Shown here piece by piece: positions 12,771 through 26,404 of a stretch of DNA of 64,000 nt. The stretch is from Octopus vulgaris. Its lineage: Eukaryota. The position numbers and the translations under genes were made by a program. The first letter of the stretch is position 1. Every line of letters starts with the position of its first letter. The notes beneath the pieces were generated by a model. The model did not search any database, was not told where the DNA came from, and was given only the letters and a program-made list of their open reading frames with translations. The stretch covers positions 212,226,001-212,290,000 of the forward strand of contig OX597814.1 of assembly GCA_951406725.2 (NCBI GenBank), written 5' to 3'.

Positions 12771-13430
12771 TTGAGAAATAAGGTCGCCAGATTTTGAGAA
12801 TTTTCTTTTATTTCTTCATTATTATTATTAGAACTTTCGACCGATTCCCGAACATGATAAACAAAAATTTGTGAATGTACAAACCTCTTCATTTATAGAA
12901 AAGAGATGTTTGGTGGGGTTGTTTAGAAGAGGCGAACAATCTTTTTATTTTGGGGGGTGAGATTCCATGACAACGGCGATAGATAGATAGATAGATTGAT
13001 AGGTGGATAGGTTGGTAGATAGTCAGATATATGGAGAGAGAAGGAGAGAGACTAAATAAATAAATGAATGACGAATAGGAAGGGGGATCCTCCTTCTTTC
13101 TCTCTCTCTACCTATCTTACTATCTGTCTGACTAGCTATCTCATTATCTATCAATTTTGTTATCTATCTATCAACCTATCTAACTACCTATCTTTCTTTC
13201 TATCTATCTATCTATCTCTATTGTCATGGAACCACACCCAAAAAAAAAAAAGCAATGTTTTCCTCTTCTAAACAACATCAAAAAAACCCAGCTGTTCTAT
13301 ATAAATGAACAGGCTGTTTGTACATTCAAACAATTTCATCTGACAAGATCGGGAAACGAATGGAAGCGCTAATAATAATGAAGAAATAAAAAGATTGTTT
13401 TTCCAAAATTCTGGCGACCTTTATTCTTAA
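12771..13430. mobile_element. foldback/MITE-like element with about 200-bp degenerate inverted arms
   Basis: aataaggtcgccagatttt..tgtttagaagagg..ttccatgacaa versus ttgtcatggaa..cctcttctaaaca..aaaattctggcgaccttt; inner (GATA)n and (TATC)n are also complementary. Confidence 0.8.
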
Positions 13431-13508
13431 TATTCAATATTTCTATACCACACCTAACACTCTATACGCACACACACATGCACATACATACATACATAAA
13501 TACATACT

Positions 13509-13584
<76 letters not shown>

Positions 13585-13629
13585 CATATATACATATATA
13601 TATATATGTGTGTGTGTGTATGTATATAG

Positions 13630-14850
13630 ACAAGACAAGTAGATAGACATCTCATAAAACATCGTTTTATGTTTAGTCTAACTTGTAAAGTTTTATAATC
13701 TCTATTAATCGACTTTTTTATGTTTCAGTTTCAATATGTAACTGTTTAATCATGCCATGTACAAAAGAAACATCGGAACTGTCTGAATTTAAAAGAGACG
13801 GAATAGTGGATCATTCTGAAGCTGGACATAACCAGCGTGAAATCGCAGAAATTTTTTTGATCTCGCTTCCTAAAGTTAATTGAGTGATTGTGCGATTCAC
13901 CAGAGAGAGAACGGAGTCCACATCACCTCACCCAGATCAACCTGAGCACTTTGACAGGACACTTTTGTTTTCTAAGAGATGTGTGGAAGAGAAGTCTCGT
14001 GACCAGGTGTCTGACATAGCAAAACAAGTTGATATCTCTCCCAGAACAAGTGTCGTGTATCACATAAAACTTGGTTACTATGGCAGAGCACCAAGAGGAA
14101 ACCCACTTCTACCGGCCAACATCAAGCGGGGAGAAGAACGTCCCAGTGAGCTGATGGAGAGGCCCCTAGTATTTTGGGACACTGTCATACCCGCAGATGA
14201 GTCGGGAATTGCTGCATTTTCAAACAGTCGTCGAGTGTAGGTCTGGAGACTCTGTAATCAACAATTAGATGTCAGAAGATTGCAACCAACAATGAAACAT
14301 GGTAGCTATTCTGCGATGGTCTGTGGAACAATTTGAACAGCAGTTGATCAGAGCTGGTGGTTTGTCAAGGAAAGATAAACACAGATAAATATGTGTCCAT
14401 ATTGTAGAAAGGACTCCTTCGAATACCCTCCAGTGGTGAAATAATTAAAGAAGACTCTTTATTTATGGAAGATACTACACGGCTAAAATAAGCAAAGATT
14501 TGTTGGGTGTGAATGGCATTAAAAATCTTCCATAGTCAAGCGAATCACCAGGTATGAACCCTATTGAACACTTCTGGGACATAATGGATATGACAATTCA
14601 TAAAAAGAACAATGGAGCATCATCAAAGCCAGATACGTTGCGATTACTACATGAAACTTAGCAAGAAGTTCCACAAAATACGTATCTCATCTGATCAGCA
14701 ACATGTCTGACAGGGTCACTGCATTCAAAAGTGAAAATAGCATGTCTACTAAATTTTAAATATTCAAACTATAACCATTAAAGAATTTGAATGTATAATT
14801 TCAGATTAAAATAAAGTTTAATGATTATAAGGGTGTCTGTTTATTTCTGT

Positions 14851-14855
<5 letters not shown>
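13630..14855 (+). mobile_element. decayed Tc1-family DNA transposon
   Basis: ELSEFKRDGIV..HNQREIA (HTH), WDTVIPADES, LQPTMKHG, GKINTDKYVSIL, SPGMNPIEHFWD; degenerate TIRs gacaagtagatagacatctcataa / ttataagggtgtctgtttatttctgtc. Confidence 0.9.
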
Positions 14856-14891
<36 letters not shown>

Positions 14892-14914
14892 GTGTACAAG
14901 ACAGGGCACATTGT

Positions 14915-15215
14915 TAGTAACTGATGACGAGTGTGTCAGTTAATTTGAACACGATAACAGCTTGCTCATGAAATCAACATGCAAGTACCTCAGTACTGCA
15001 CAGATACGCGTACACTTAAAACAGTCCACAGGCGGTTTCAACGTGACACACCGAATGTGACATGAGCGGCTATCGAGTTACAGGTGCAACTCATCTTTGC
15101 CAGTTGAGTGAACTGCACCAACATGAAATAAAGTCTGTTTGCCAAGGACACAATGAACCGGGCACTGAATTCACGCCTGAACTATTTATGAGCCGAATGC
15201 AAGTCCTATTAAGCC
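14915..15215 (-). mobile_element. degraded family C-related SINE
   Basis: aacagcttgctcatgaaatcaacatgcaagt..acgtgacaca similar to 37773-38157. Confidence 0.6.
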
Positions 15216-15301
15216 ACTAGAGAGAGTAAGAGAAACAGATGTGGTATACACACACGTAGACAAGAAATACACACACACATGCATATATATATCTACATAT
15301 A

Positions 15302-15349
<48 letters not shown>

Positions 15350-15819
15350 TAAGAACTTAGTAGAGTGCAGTGTAAATCTCGTCCACAAAGCATTTATTGA
15401 TAAACTAAGTGGCAGCTACTACCTCGCAGGCCACGGCAGACAGATAGGATGAATTTGAAGGCGAGAATTAGAGTTTACGGAGGAAAATGTATATATCGCA
15501 TGAGGAAACAAAACTAGATCTGATAATGCAGGGAGACCTGCAAACTTGGAGGACAACGTGGCGTGGAAACAATTGTAATGAGTCCAAATAAATAAACAAC
15601 TGCATTCCCCTTCTTGACTCCAACATATTCAATTATATCTATGCATTAAACATAAATATTTATTTATATATATGTATATATATACGCACGCACACGCACA
15701 TATAAGAGCATTAAATTTTTTGAGAGAAGCGAAAGTATGCGACAAGAAAGACAAAACACGGGGGAAATATTATACAATTACAAATACAGGCATCAAGAAC
15801 GTAGCAGTAGTCACCATAA

Positions 15820-15997
15820 TAGATCGGTAGCCACTACGTACAATTTTTCTCTCCTTGTTTCTTTCTGTGTTCATTTCTGTGGAAGAGCGCAAGCTCGAAA
15901 CGTGTAAGACTTTTTCAATTCCCGAGCATTATACTAATACATCTGTTTGTTTTCTACACTACCCCTCTTGGTCTTTTGTTCATTTAGTGAATCCTCC
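15820..15997 (+). mobile_element. Penelope pLTR-like fragment with hammerhead-like core, abutting (TA)n
   Basis: CTGTGGAA-GAGC-GCAA-GCTC-GAAACGTGTA at 15877-15906; homologous to 12475-12650. Confidence 0.75.
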
Positions 15998-16030
15998 ATA
16001 TATATATATATATATGTATGTATGAATGTA

Positions 16031-16101
<71 letters not shown>

Positions 16102-16106
<5 letters not shown>

Positions 16107-16855
16107 CATACAAAATGGAACAAGAACGCAACAGACAACAATAAAACATCTTCACAAATAGACGATACAAAGACGGACAGGAAAAAAGGACGGGTTGTCA
16201 CAGCCTTCTCTCATCAGTCAGTTTCCAGATCGTCCCCACAGTTTCGGCCGGTTACACTTGAAACTGTTCAAATCTGGCAGGCCCCAAAGATCTAAGGTAA
16301 AAGCATTAAATTTTGGGGAAGAGAGCAAGCGAATGTGTGCGTCAACAAAACAAAAAAAAAACGAGGAAATTTTACACAATTACAAATACTAGCATCAACA
16401 AGGTAACAGCAAGTGTCTTTCGACCAGTATAGATAACTCAAGTTGGGCTGGCGTCTGTAGAGTGAAAGACTTAAGGCAAGAACATAAGAGTTGAATATAA
16501 GATATGAAAATAATGAGACAGGAATATAAAAGATGCTTCGCGGCCTTTAGTAGAGCCAAAGAAAGAAAGATCATGCTTGGCTGAACACCGAGCACGAGGA
16601 AGGAAAGGAGAGAGGTAAGGACAGAAGGATTGGAAAATGAGGGGAATAACGAGAAAGAGATGAAACCATAGGGAGACAGAAAAAGGTACAAGGGAGATGA
16701 ACGAGGAGGGAAAGTAGGGAGATTAAAGAAGGAGAAGGCCATGATTTGTGAGAGCGGGAAAACGAGAAAAGAAAAGAGGAAAGAGAGAAAAATCAGGAGG
16801 AGAACTAAGAGTCATGCAGAATTTAGACACATACATCCATAGAAGGTGAGCAAAA

Positions 16856-16856
<1 letters not shown>
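16102..16856 (-). mobile_element. unclassified (TA)n-embedded repeat, probably a Penelope-like 3' end
   Basis: Bounded by (TA)n on both sides; 16302-16416 is a diverged direct copy of 15708-15812; purine-rich block as in the other PLE-like tails. Confidence 0.45.
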
Positions 16857-16891
<35 letters not shown>

Positions 16892-16963
16892 TTAAATACA
16901 TGTACACACACACGCACAAATGCTTGCATGTATATAAGCAAAATGAATACTACCTTCATCATC

Positions 16964-17380
16964 TCTTTTACTCTTTTACTCTTTTACTTGTTTCAGTCAT
17001 TTGACTGCGGCCATGCTGGAGCACCGCCTGTAGTCGAGCAAATCGACCCCGGGACTTATTCTTTGTAAGCCCAGTACTTATTCTATCGGTCACTTTTGCC
17101 GAATCGCTAAGTAACGGGGACGTAAACACACCAGCATCGGTTGTCAAGCAATGCTAGGGGAACAAACACAGACACACAAACATATACACACACACTTATA
17201 CATATATACATATATACGACAGGCGTCTTTCAGTTTTCGTCTACCAAATCCACTCACAAGGCATTGGTCGGCCCGGGGCTATAGCAGAAGACACTTGCCC
17301 AAGATGCCACGCAGTGGGACTGAACCCGGAACCATGTGGTTGGTTAGCAAGCTACTTACCACACAGCCACTCCTGCGCCT
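16964..17380 (-). mobile_element. SINE family B, full length
   Basis: (TACTCTTT)n tail to ..cagccactcctgcgcct head. Confidence 0.95.
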
Positions 17381-18215
17381 ATATCATATGTGTTTATTAT
17401 ATATTTCTATGCGTTATACCGATCAGAACTTTTTTATTGCTTGCAAATTATCATAAAGAATAATTTTTGACCGGAACCTCCTTTTAAGATATACAATTTT
17501 TCTATCTCGTCTATAGAAACATCCTTATGTTGATCATCCAGTCGTTTGTGAAAATGACAAGCAAGAATGATTATATATTTTGAATTTTACCCTGAGTCTC
17601 AATTTCCTTTTGTCCTTATAATTCACTAACATGTAGTAGATGCGATGTAGATTATTACCAAATAGATTTTTAAAATTTCGCTCGTTACTCATTTACAAGA
17701 AATTCTCACGATCTGTAGTTAACTGAAACATTCTGAAAACTTTTGGCATTTCGTGATATATGAATAAAATTGATTATTTGAAATATATTTCCCTACATAC
17801 ATTTGAAGATATAATTTAATGCTATGTAAAATGCTACGTAATAATCGGTGATTAATTAAATGTATTCGGTTTTGATAAACTCCATCATAAATTTTTATTG
17901 GACTACAAACGGTTATATATATACATTCAACGCTAAAACGCAGTTATTGATATCAGTTCAGCAAACGATGCTGTATTAGTTAATGAACTATAAATTTCAT
18001 TAACGCACATAAATATGTGGTGATGTTTCTAGAACATGGAACATTAAATAGGCCAATCAGTAGTTGATTGTGTGATCGTGGTGTGTGCTTGTTGCTCTAT
18101 GTACACTTGTAAGTGAAATAAAATGACAGAAACAAAAAGACACTCAGAATATACAAATATATCTAGCATAAGAGGAAACTGCACATATATCCCAACACCT
18201 CTGTCCACACATACA

Positions 18216-18270
<55 letters not shown>

Positions 18271-18362
18271 ATGCATATGTATGTGTATGTATGTTTATAT
18301 ATATATACACATATATACATATATATATACATACATATATATATATATATTTCTATGCATAT

Positions 18363-18406
<44 letters not shown>

Positions 18407-19124
18407 ACACACACACACAGGCACACGTGTGTGTGTGAATGTCTGTGTGTGCATGTATGAATGCATGTATGTATGTACATATGTATGTGCATGTATTCGT
18501 GTTCGTGAATATACACTTGTATAGGTAGTTTATGTAAGCGAATAATTGAGAAAGTATAGATGGTTGACATATTGGTTTTAAGTTTGATTCCGGCTTTCCT
18601 ATCACTTCCTTTTGTTTCAATGAAATTGTATGAAAATGTGTTTGTTAGAAATCTTTCTATTGTAAGCAGCTAGGATGCAATTTCTGCATGACTTCACACA
18701 ATCCATATACGAATGCTTAAACGTCAGTCTCAATAAACACCAATCTGGCTTACAGAACTTGCCGAAATCTGATGATGCTATACAAATATTTTCTATTCAT
18801 TCTACCGTAAGCTCCCTATAGACCCAAATATTTGAGAGGAACGAAGTTAAATGTAAGTGGTCTCTGCAAGAGCAGTGTCTATACTCAAGTATTGATCCAC
18901 GTATTCGACATGTTGAGAGCTGACCAATTACTAATTCAAGTGATGTATACATTAACGTTTTATTGAAGTTTCATAGAAAAACTTCCATAGCTGTATTCAG
19001 AATCTATAAAAGTATGTATTTTCCTATTCATAAGATAGGAGATGTGACCTTCAACAATTTACATCCAACACACACAGATATTAACGTATATATATATAAA
19101 TATATATATACAGAAACACACTTT

Positions 19125-19490
19125 TTTCTTTTATTCATTTATTTGTTTCAGGCCATGCTGAAGCATTACATTTAGTCGACCAAATCCACTTATTCTGCAA
19201 GCCTAGTACTTATTCTATCGTTTGCAGAACAGCTACGTTACGAGGAGGTAAACACACCAATATCGGTTGTCAAGAGGTGTTGGGAGAACAAACACATCCA
19301 CACCCACATACACACACAGAGACATATATACATATATATACGACGGGCTTCTTTCGGTTTCCGTCTCCTAATTCCACTCACAAATCTTTGGTCGGTCCGA
19401 GCCTAGAGTTGAAGACACTTGCACAAGGTGCTACGCAGTGGGACTGAACCAGGAACCATGTAGTCAAGCTACTAACCACACACCAACTAC

Positions 19491-19493
<3 letters not shown>
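19125..19493 (-). mobile_element. diverged SINE family B
   Basis: gaagacacttgcacaaggtgctacgcagtgggactgaacc; cggttgtcaag. Confidence 0.85.
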
Positions 19494-19541
<48 letters not shown>

Positions 19542-20986
19542 GCAAATACATATGTATTTATGCATACCTATATGCGTGTGTAATATATGTATGTGTATGT
19601 ATGTATTTATGTATGTATGTGCATATGTATAAATATTTGCTTATATATGTTTGTGTATGTGTTGCTACTCCTAACATATAATCCAATACAACCTGTAACC
19701 AACCTACTGTTGGTTCAACGACTATCTAATAATAGCCCTTACCCTCAACATTCCCTGGTTAGTGACCGGCGAGCCGGTAGACCTACGGAAGTGAGGCTCC
19801 TCTTAAAGCATGTCTCTTGGACGAGGTCAGACTCAAATAAGACCAGACAGGCAGGGAAGTCCATTTGGAGGAACATTTGCCTGCGCCGCTCCCATGGCCC
19901 TACGCCTGCGACCAATTTTGGCACTGGATATCTTACCCTGGCTTGTGCCTGGAATATGACAGTTGGGTGTAAAGAGCTTCTATGCGTTATAATCTGAAAT
20001 GCAAGATCTTTCTACCCTGTGGACGGAGGTTTAATCTACACAACATTTATTTGCCTCAATCTCTGGCTGCATATTTACCGACATTATGATGGATACTCGA
20101 ATCCCAAGAAACACCTGTTAGACTTATAACACTTTACCTCCTCCACTTTAATTTTCTCTGTCGTTTGCACCCTGTGTACGTTTGATATATCAATATGCAA
20201 ATATCTATATACACGGCGTCCCATATTATCAAGCAACTCGATCTTCTCTCAATAAATGAATGCATATTTCTGCAAAACCTGTTGTAACAGGTTTAACATT
20301 CCTGGCGCCTGCCTAATAATTTGGGACAGCGGGAATGATGGTACTACGTGACAAAGGCCACCGTTTTCGTCTGCGCAGATCCGATTTATTTTAACATAAT
20401 GTGCGCATATAGGTGTTGCCAACAGTTAGTGGGAAAACAACTAAATTTGAACGAATATACATGTATTTACTGAGAGAAGGTTGATTTGCCTAATAATGTG
20501 GAACGCAGAGAATTTATAATTAAATATTCATCGTCAGAAAAATTTCAGCCTTAGCTTTCTTTCCGTTTACAAACACACACTCACAGACACCCATACACAA
20601 ACACACATACAAACACACGCACACACACATATTTCTTGAATGTTACACCCAAGTTGTAATATTTAATTTGTTTACCCACATAGTTGCCTCTCTCACTCTC
20701 TCTCTCTGTGCTTGTATGTAGTATTCACGTATATATAAGTAGGTAGGTAGACAGGCAGAGAGATATGTAGGCAAGTAGACATAGCATTATGTATTTAGCT
20801 ATATGAGAAGTTTACCGGCGATTTTACTTCATATTTTCAGTGCGAAAGTGTCTTAGTTAATCATTTGCAGCCGAGTATATGTGGTATTTATTTAATTTAA
20901 TTTTCTTTCCTATAAGAGAGTGTAATTTTCATATGGAAGTGTCCAACAGAATTGTGGCAGTGAGTATTAATGTGTACTAGTTTATG

Positions 20987-21197
<211 letters not shown>

Positions 21198-21507
21198 CAA
21201 TAATACAGTGATTGTTTCTTATCAGGAACAAAATGTTTACTAGGTCTGCTATAGAAGTGCTCAATTGAATGAGACAAATATATCAAACTAAAGTTATAGA
21301 ACAAACAAATGCGTATCATAAACTTTCTTATATGCTTGTACAGATGAATTATATTCCATCTTCCGTGATGTCTAAATGTATATTCTATGATTAAATGTTC
21401 GAGTTATGAAATGTTATTCGATGACCTTGCATTTGTTTGTTCTATAACTTCAGTTTGATATATATATATATGTACATATATATCATATATTATATGTATA
21501 TATATAT

Positions 21508-21558
<51 letters not shown>

Positions 21559-21587
21559 TCATATATATCATATATATAATATATATA

Positions 21588-21658
<71 letters not shown>

Positions 21659-22853
21659 ATATAAAGAAAGAAAGCAGGACTGTCCACGTACTCTATAATA
21701 ACTGAGTATGACTGAACAGCTAGCAATCCACATTTTCTAAATTCTTCGCCGATCATTTTTGATAAGATGTGCCCCTGTCATTGAATTTTGTAAACATTTA
21801 ATGCCTTAAACCTGTTTTCTACTTCGCAAATTTCAGTTGTTACAATGCCATTCATTTACATACGTTTACACCACTGCTAAACAAAAATTTCTTGAAAATA
21901 TTTTGGTACGTATGTAAATAAGTTTTACGAATTCAGATGCATTTTCAAAAACCAATTCTAATGTGTGTGTGTATGTGTGTGTCTTTATGTTTTATTGGTG
22001 TGTTTGTGTGTGTGTGTGTGTGTGTACACATTGTCATTTTAGACTTCATTTACTCTCGAAACTGAACTAAAACCAATTCTTTGAGTTATATACAAAGATT
22101 ATAAACGTCAATATGCTGGCGTGCAATTTGCACAGCATAAGTTGAGAAGAAGTATACTTTGTGTCAGACGTAGACGTAATAATATAAACAGTATCGATGT
22201 CGTATACGTGTTTGCTTAAGCAACTTTAAGCTACGGTACTTTGCCCACAGATATCGATATTTCTTTGTTGTTTCATTTTTTTGGTTCCACATATTCGAGT
22301 CACAACGTAAACGGTTTCAAATCGCTGACCTGGCCTATATATTTTCTTCCAGCATAAACAAAGCACCTCTTCATGTTACAATAAATTGGTAAGAAACATT
22401 GAAAGGAATAAAATTAAATTTTGATAATAAGAGTTCATATATTTTTTCTTATTAAGGGATATAATGCTATATTTCGTGCCCTGCTTCTTGCTGTTCCTTC
22501 TTATCCTGGTATTTGCTAATAGTAACAACCAGAAAGACATGAAATACAGAAACAAGTAATGTATAAGAAAAAATATGTGTGCTTCCAGAACTGATAATAC
22601 CAAATAATGATTTATTCCAATTTTCTTTCCAATTTAATTCCGGCTTGAAGAGATCGTCTTAAGTGACCGAAACAGCGATATATTTCCTTTCCAATTTCCT
22701 TGATAAGTTTTCTCAGAATTTCCATTTCCTTCTTAGTTTTCAATGTATATCTACTCGCGTGTAACAGGTGTATGTGTATGTGTTTGTAAATGTGTGTTTG
22801 TGTATTTGCGTGTGTGGGTATATATGTATTTATACATGCATGGATGCATTTAC

Positions 22854-22956
<103 letters not shown>

Positions 22957-23018
22957 CATACATATACATATATATATACATATAAACATATATATTTATA
23001 TATACTTATATATGTATG

Positions 23019-23089
<71 letters not shown>

Positions 23090-23671
23090 GTATATACGCG
23101 CATATATATGTGCGTGTACATATATATGAATATACGAGTGTATGTATTCAGTTTATTTCAAGATTTCTTGTCGATGTATGCGTGTTTGTTTGTATGTACG
23201 TCCGTATGTATGTGAACATTTGTATGTTTTATAAATGCATTCCCATGCATATATTTGCGTATCTAGACATGCTCAAATATATTTAAAGGATAAACTTCTG
23301 GAAAGTTCTAGAGATTTTAACAGTTCCAGTGATGGATGGTATCCGTTGTCTTCGAATTAGCGCTCTCCTTTCTGGCTTTGTGAAGCCTAATTTCTCAAGA
23401 TCGGTATTTAAGCAGGGCTTCGCATATCCTGGATCCTCAATAACTACATGTATAAACCGGAACTTGTAATCTTCATAGTGCAACTTCAGATTTCTCAATA
23501 GTTTAACATAGGCGCAGAAGTGGCTGTATGGTAAGTAGCTTGCTAACCAACCACATGGTTCCGGGTTCAGTCCCACTGCGTGGCATCTTGGGCAAGTGTC
23601 TTCTGCTATAGTCCCAGGCCGACCAATGCCTTGTGATTGGATTTGGTAGACGGAAACTGAAAGAAACCTGT

Positions 23672-23736
<65 letters not shown>

Positions 23737-23881
23737 AAATAGAAAGATGAATTTTCTTGTTACAGATTATTCAAAAGTTTAACCGATACCTGGGTAGCAA
23801 AAATCACAGCAGAAAATACACGGTTGGAGATAAGACCATTTGGTGTTGCAACCGTGCGTTGGTGCGGATAATTGAAGTTTA

Positions 23882-24250
23882 ATATTATTATTGAATGGAA
23901 GAAATGGAGTTGAACGAAGATTGTACAGAATTCCTTTTATTACATTCTACACATGTTTCAAAGGCCACAAATTTCCAAATTCTGATTAAATAAGGGTACC
24001 ATATTGTGGCTTTCTCATCAGGAAAAAACATGAATTCCGTTGACAGAACAACGTTCGAATTGCTGCGCCTCTGTTCTGTTTTGTTCTGTCAACGGAATTC
24101 CTGTTTTTTCCTGATGAGAAAGCCACAATATTGTACCCTTATTTAATCAGAATTTGGAAATTTGTGGCCTTTGAAACATGTGTAGAATGTAATAAAAGGA
24201 ATTCTGTACAATCTTCGTTCAACTCCATTTCTTCCATTCAATAATAATAT
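23882..24250. repeat. 170-bp near-perfect inverted repeat with 29-bp spacer (Penelope pLTR-like)
   Basis: 23882-24051 is the reverse complement of 24081-24250; two mismatches seen. Confidence 0.97.
24095..24204 (+). ncRNA. type I hammerhead ribozyme (mirror copy on the minus strand in the left arm)
   Basis: CTGATGA at 24111; stem II AAAGCCACAA/TTGTGGCCTTT; GAAAC at 24173 then ATGTGTA; distal pairing GAATTCCT/AGGAATTC. Confidence 0.7.
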
Positions 24251-24454
24251 ATATATATATATGTATGTGTGTATGTGTTTGTCTCCCTAGCATTGCTTGA
24301 TAACCGATGCTGGTGTGTTTACGTCCCCGTCACTTAGCGGTTCGGCAAAAGATTAAGTCCCGGGGTCGATTTGCTCGACTAAAGGCGGTGCTCCAGCATG
24401 GCCGCAGTCAAATGACTGGAACAAGTAAAAGAGTAAAAGAGTAAAGAGTAAAGA

Positions 24455-25250
24455 TCATTTCCACTGATCTTCAGTTAATTGCCACAACTGTGCACAATTT
24501 CCCATCTCTATCCCGTATCAGGTCTGTTGTGCTTACATATTATTGAGGTTTTCTCTGGTACATTCCACCAATATTCCTTTTTATTATGGGTGGCTGTGGC
24601 TTCTACCATATTGTGGGTTCTTATTTTTGTGTCCTCTGGATTATCCTTCCGACGGATTTCATTATAGAATGTCCTAGCTACGACATAACGTCTCATCGGT
24701 AGATAATACCGTGATGACATTTTTGAACAACTGCTTATGATGTGCGTGACATCTTCAGTGTGAACTACGCAAAGTCTGCATCGGTTGTCACATTTTATGG
24801 CCTTCCCTGCTTTATTATTGAGTTGGGAATAAGGTTAGTTTTCGATGTTTTTATAAAGTTACAGTTATTAACCTCTTTCTATGTTCTACAAATGTTGCTT
24901 GTTGACGTAGTTGCTTCGCAGTAAAATGATTTAATTCCGGAAGCAGATGCAGATCGTTCCAATGTGATTTCAATCGATTCATATAGCCAAAAGCGGGGGT
25001 TTATTCCGCTTTTTCGAAGCAGTTAAATTGATTATTATTCAATTCATAACTCGAAGAGAAATGAGTTTTGTAGTTACGGATTTACGGATTCTTCTATACC
25101 TACAGTTACAAAGAATTTGGTTACCTGTTGAACTGTTGCCTTCGTTCTCTTCCTCGATTGTGTTGTTGTTCATGTTGTGTCCAGCCATGTGGCTTGTAGT
25201 AACTCTCTAAATGCTACATTCAATTTTCAGTAAAAAAACATCACTATGAT
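24455..25250 (-). mobile_element. decayed RLE-type (R4/Dong-like) LINE fragment
   Basis: DNRCRLCVVHTEDVTHIISSCSKM (CCHC knuckle), then EYWWN..KHNRPD (start of PD-(D/E)xK RLE). Confidence 0.8.
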
Positions 25251-25479
25251 TGTGAGTAAAAGCTGTCGTCAGTTAATTAATCTGAAGATTAACTAGTTAT
25301 TTAACAAGGGTGATAGTTTTGGCGACAAAATTGGGGACAGTATTAATCGTATTTTCAATGAATAGTCTTCCACACCAAATACACGACTTGTCGCTACGAG
25401 TAGTGTATATATATATATATATATATATATGGTTATTTATGAAAAGGCAGTGGTCTGCTGAGGTTAGCAGCTGCAGTTA

Positions 25480-25822
25480 TATTTGATAAGATGCGAGGTG
25501 ACAACTGCGTTGATGCGTTGTTATCGCTGTGTTTGTACCTAAGGGAATCTATATATCTACAAATTTATTCCAATACTCCCCCGTCGAAACCACGTACAAG
25601 CATTCACCATTTTGTCGAACGACCTGCACAGAGGTTTTTTTATGGTTATCAAATGTTCGTGCCGCACATTAGCTCACTCCATCCATCAGGTAGCGAGATA
25701 ATCACTTTGCAACATGAGATTAGATGTTTTTGCTCAAAAATACAACACACTATCCGGTCTAAGAATTGAAATCACGATCGCCAGATCATGAATGCAACAC
25801 TCCAACCACTAAGCTATGCGCC
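25480..25822 (-). mobile_element. degraded tRNA-SINE (family C-related)
   Basis: ..tgctcaaaaatacaac..gaattgaaatcacgatc..taccact-like head aaccactaagctatgcgccctca. Confidence 0.5.
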
Positions 25823-25917
25823 CTCATATATATACATACACACATTCATACATTTATTCATACAAACATACATACATACATACATACGTACATGCATACA
25901 CGCACGCGCACACGCAA

Positions 25918-25948
<31 letters not shown>

Positions 25949-26404
25949 AACATTTCAATGATATCTAATCCTCATTAAGATTAATAAATCCAAAATTTCA
26001 CTAGTTTAATCTCCATCACATTAGAAGAAAATTTACACGATCCGTCATGGATTATTGTAATAACATATAATATTATAATAATATTACAATAATATTATGA
26101 CAATATTAAACGTGTTAAACTTCTTTAGTTGTAGATTTGAATCTCTCAAAAAAGATGTAACCTTACTAAAACAAAAACCCTGAAGAGATTCTACCCCTTA
26201 CATCTTAAATTCTTAACATTGTATATAACCTAAACTCTTTGAATGATGCCAGAATCAAGGGGACAGAATCCAAACATATGTAAGTTTTTTAGTCCTCTCT
26301 ACATTAATAATTTCGTTTGTGCTTATATCTTAACAACAAACTATGATACAAATAAATCCACTGCACATCTTCAGCCCTCTATTTTCTTACATTATTAATA
26401 TATA

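Larger units (their letters stand above)
23510..24453 (+). mobile_element. SINE family B interrupted in its internal (TA)n by a palindromic insert (23731-24250)
   Basis: Head at 23510-23675; 3' half resumes at about 24275 (gtttgtctccctagcattgc) and runs to the GTAAAAGA tail. Confidence 0.93.

Noticed and set aside
16205-16290. TCATCAG and GTTTCGG motifs suggesting a minus-strand hammerhead
   Set aside because: The order is wrong for a type I fold and no convincing stems join them
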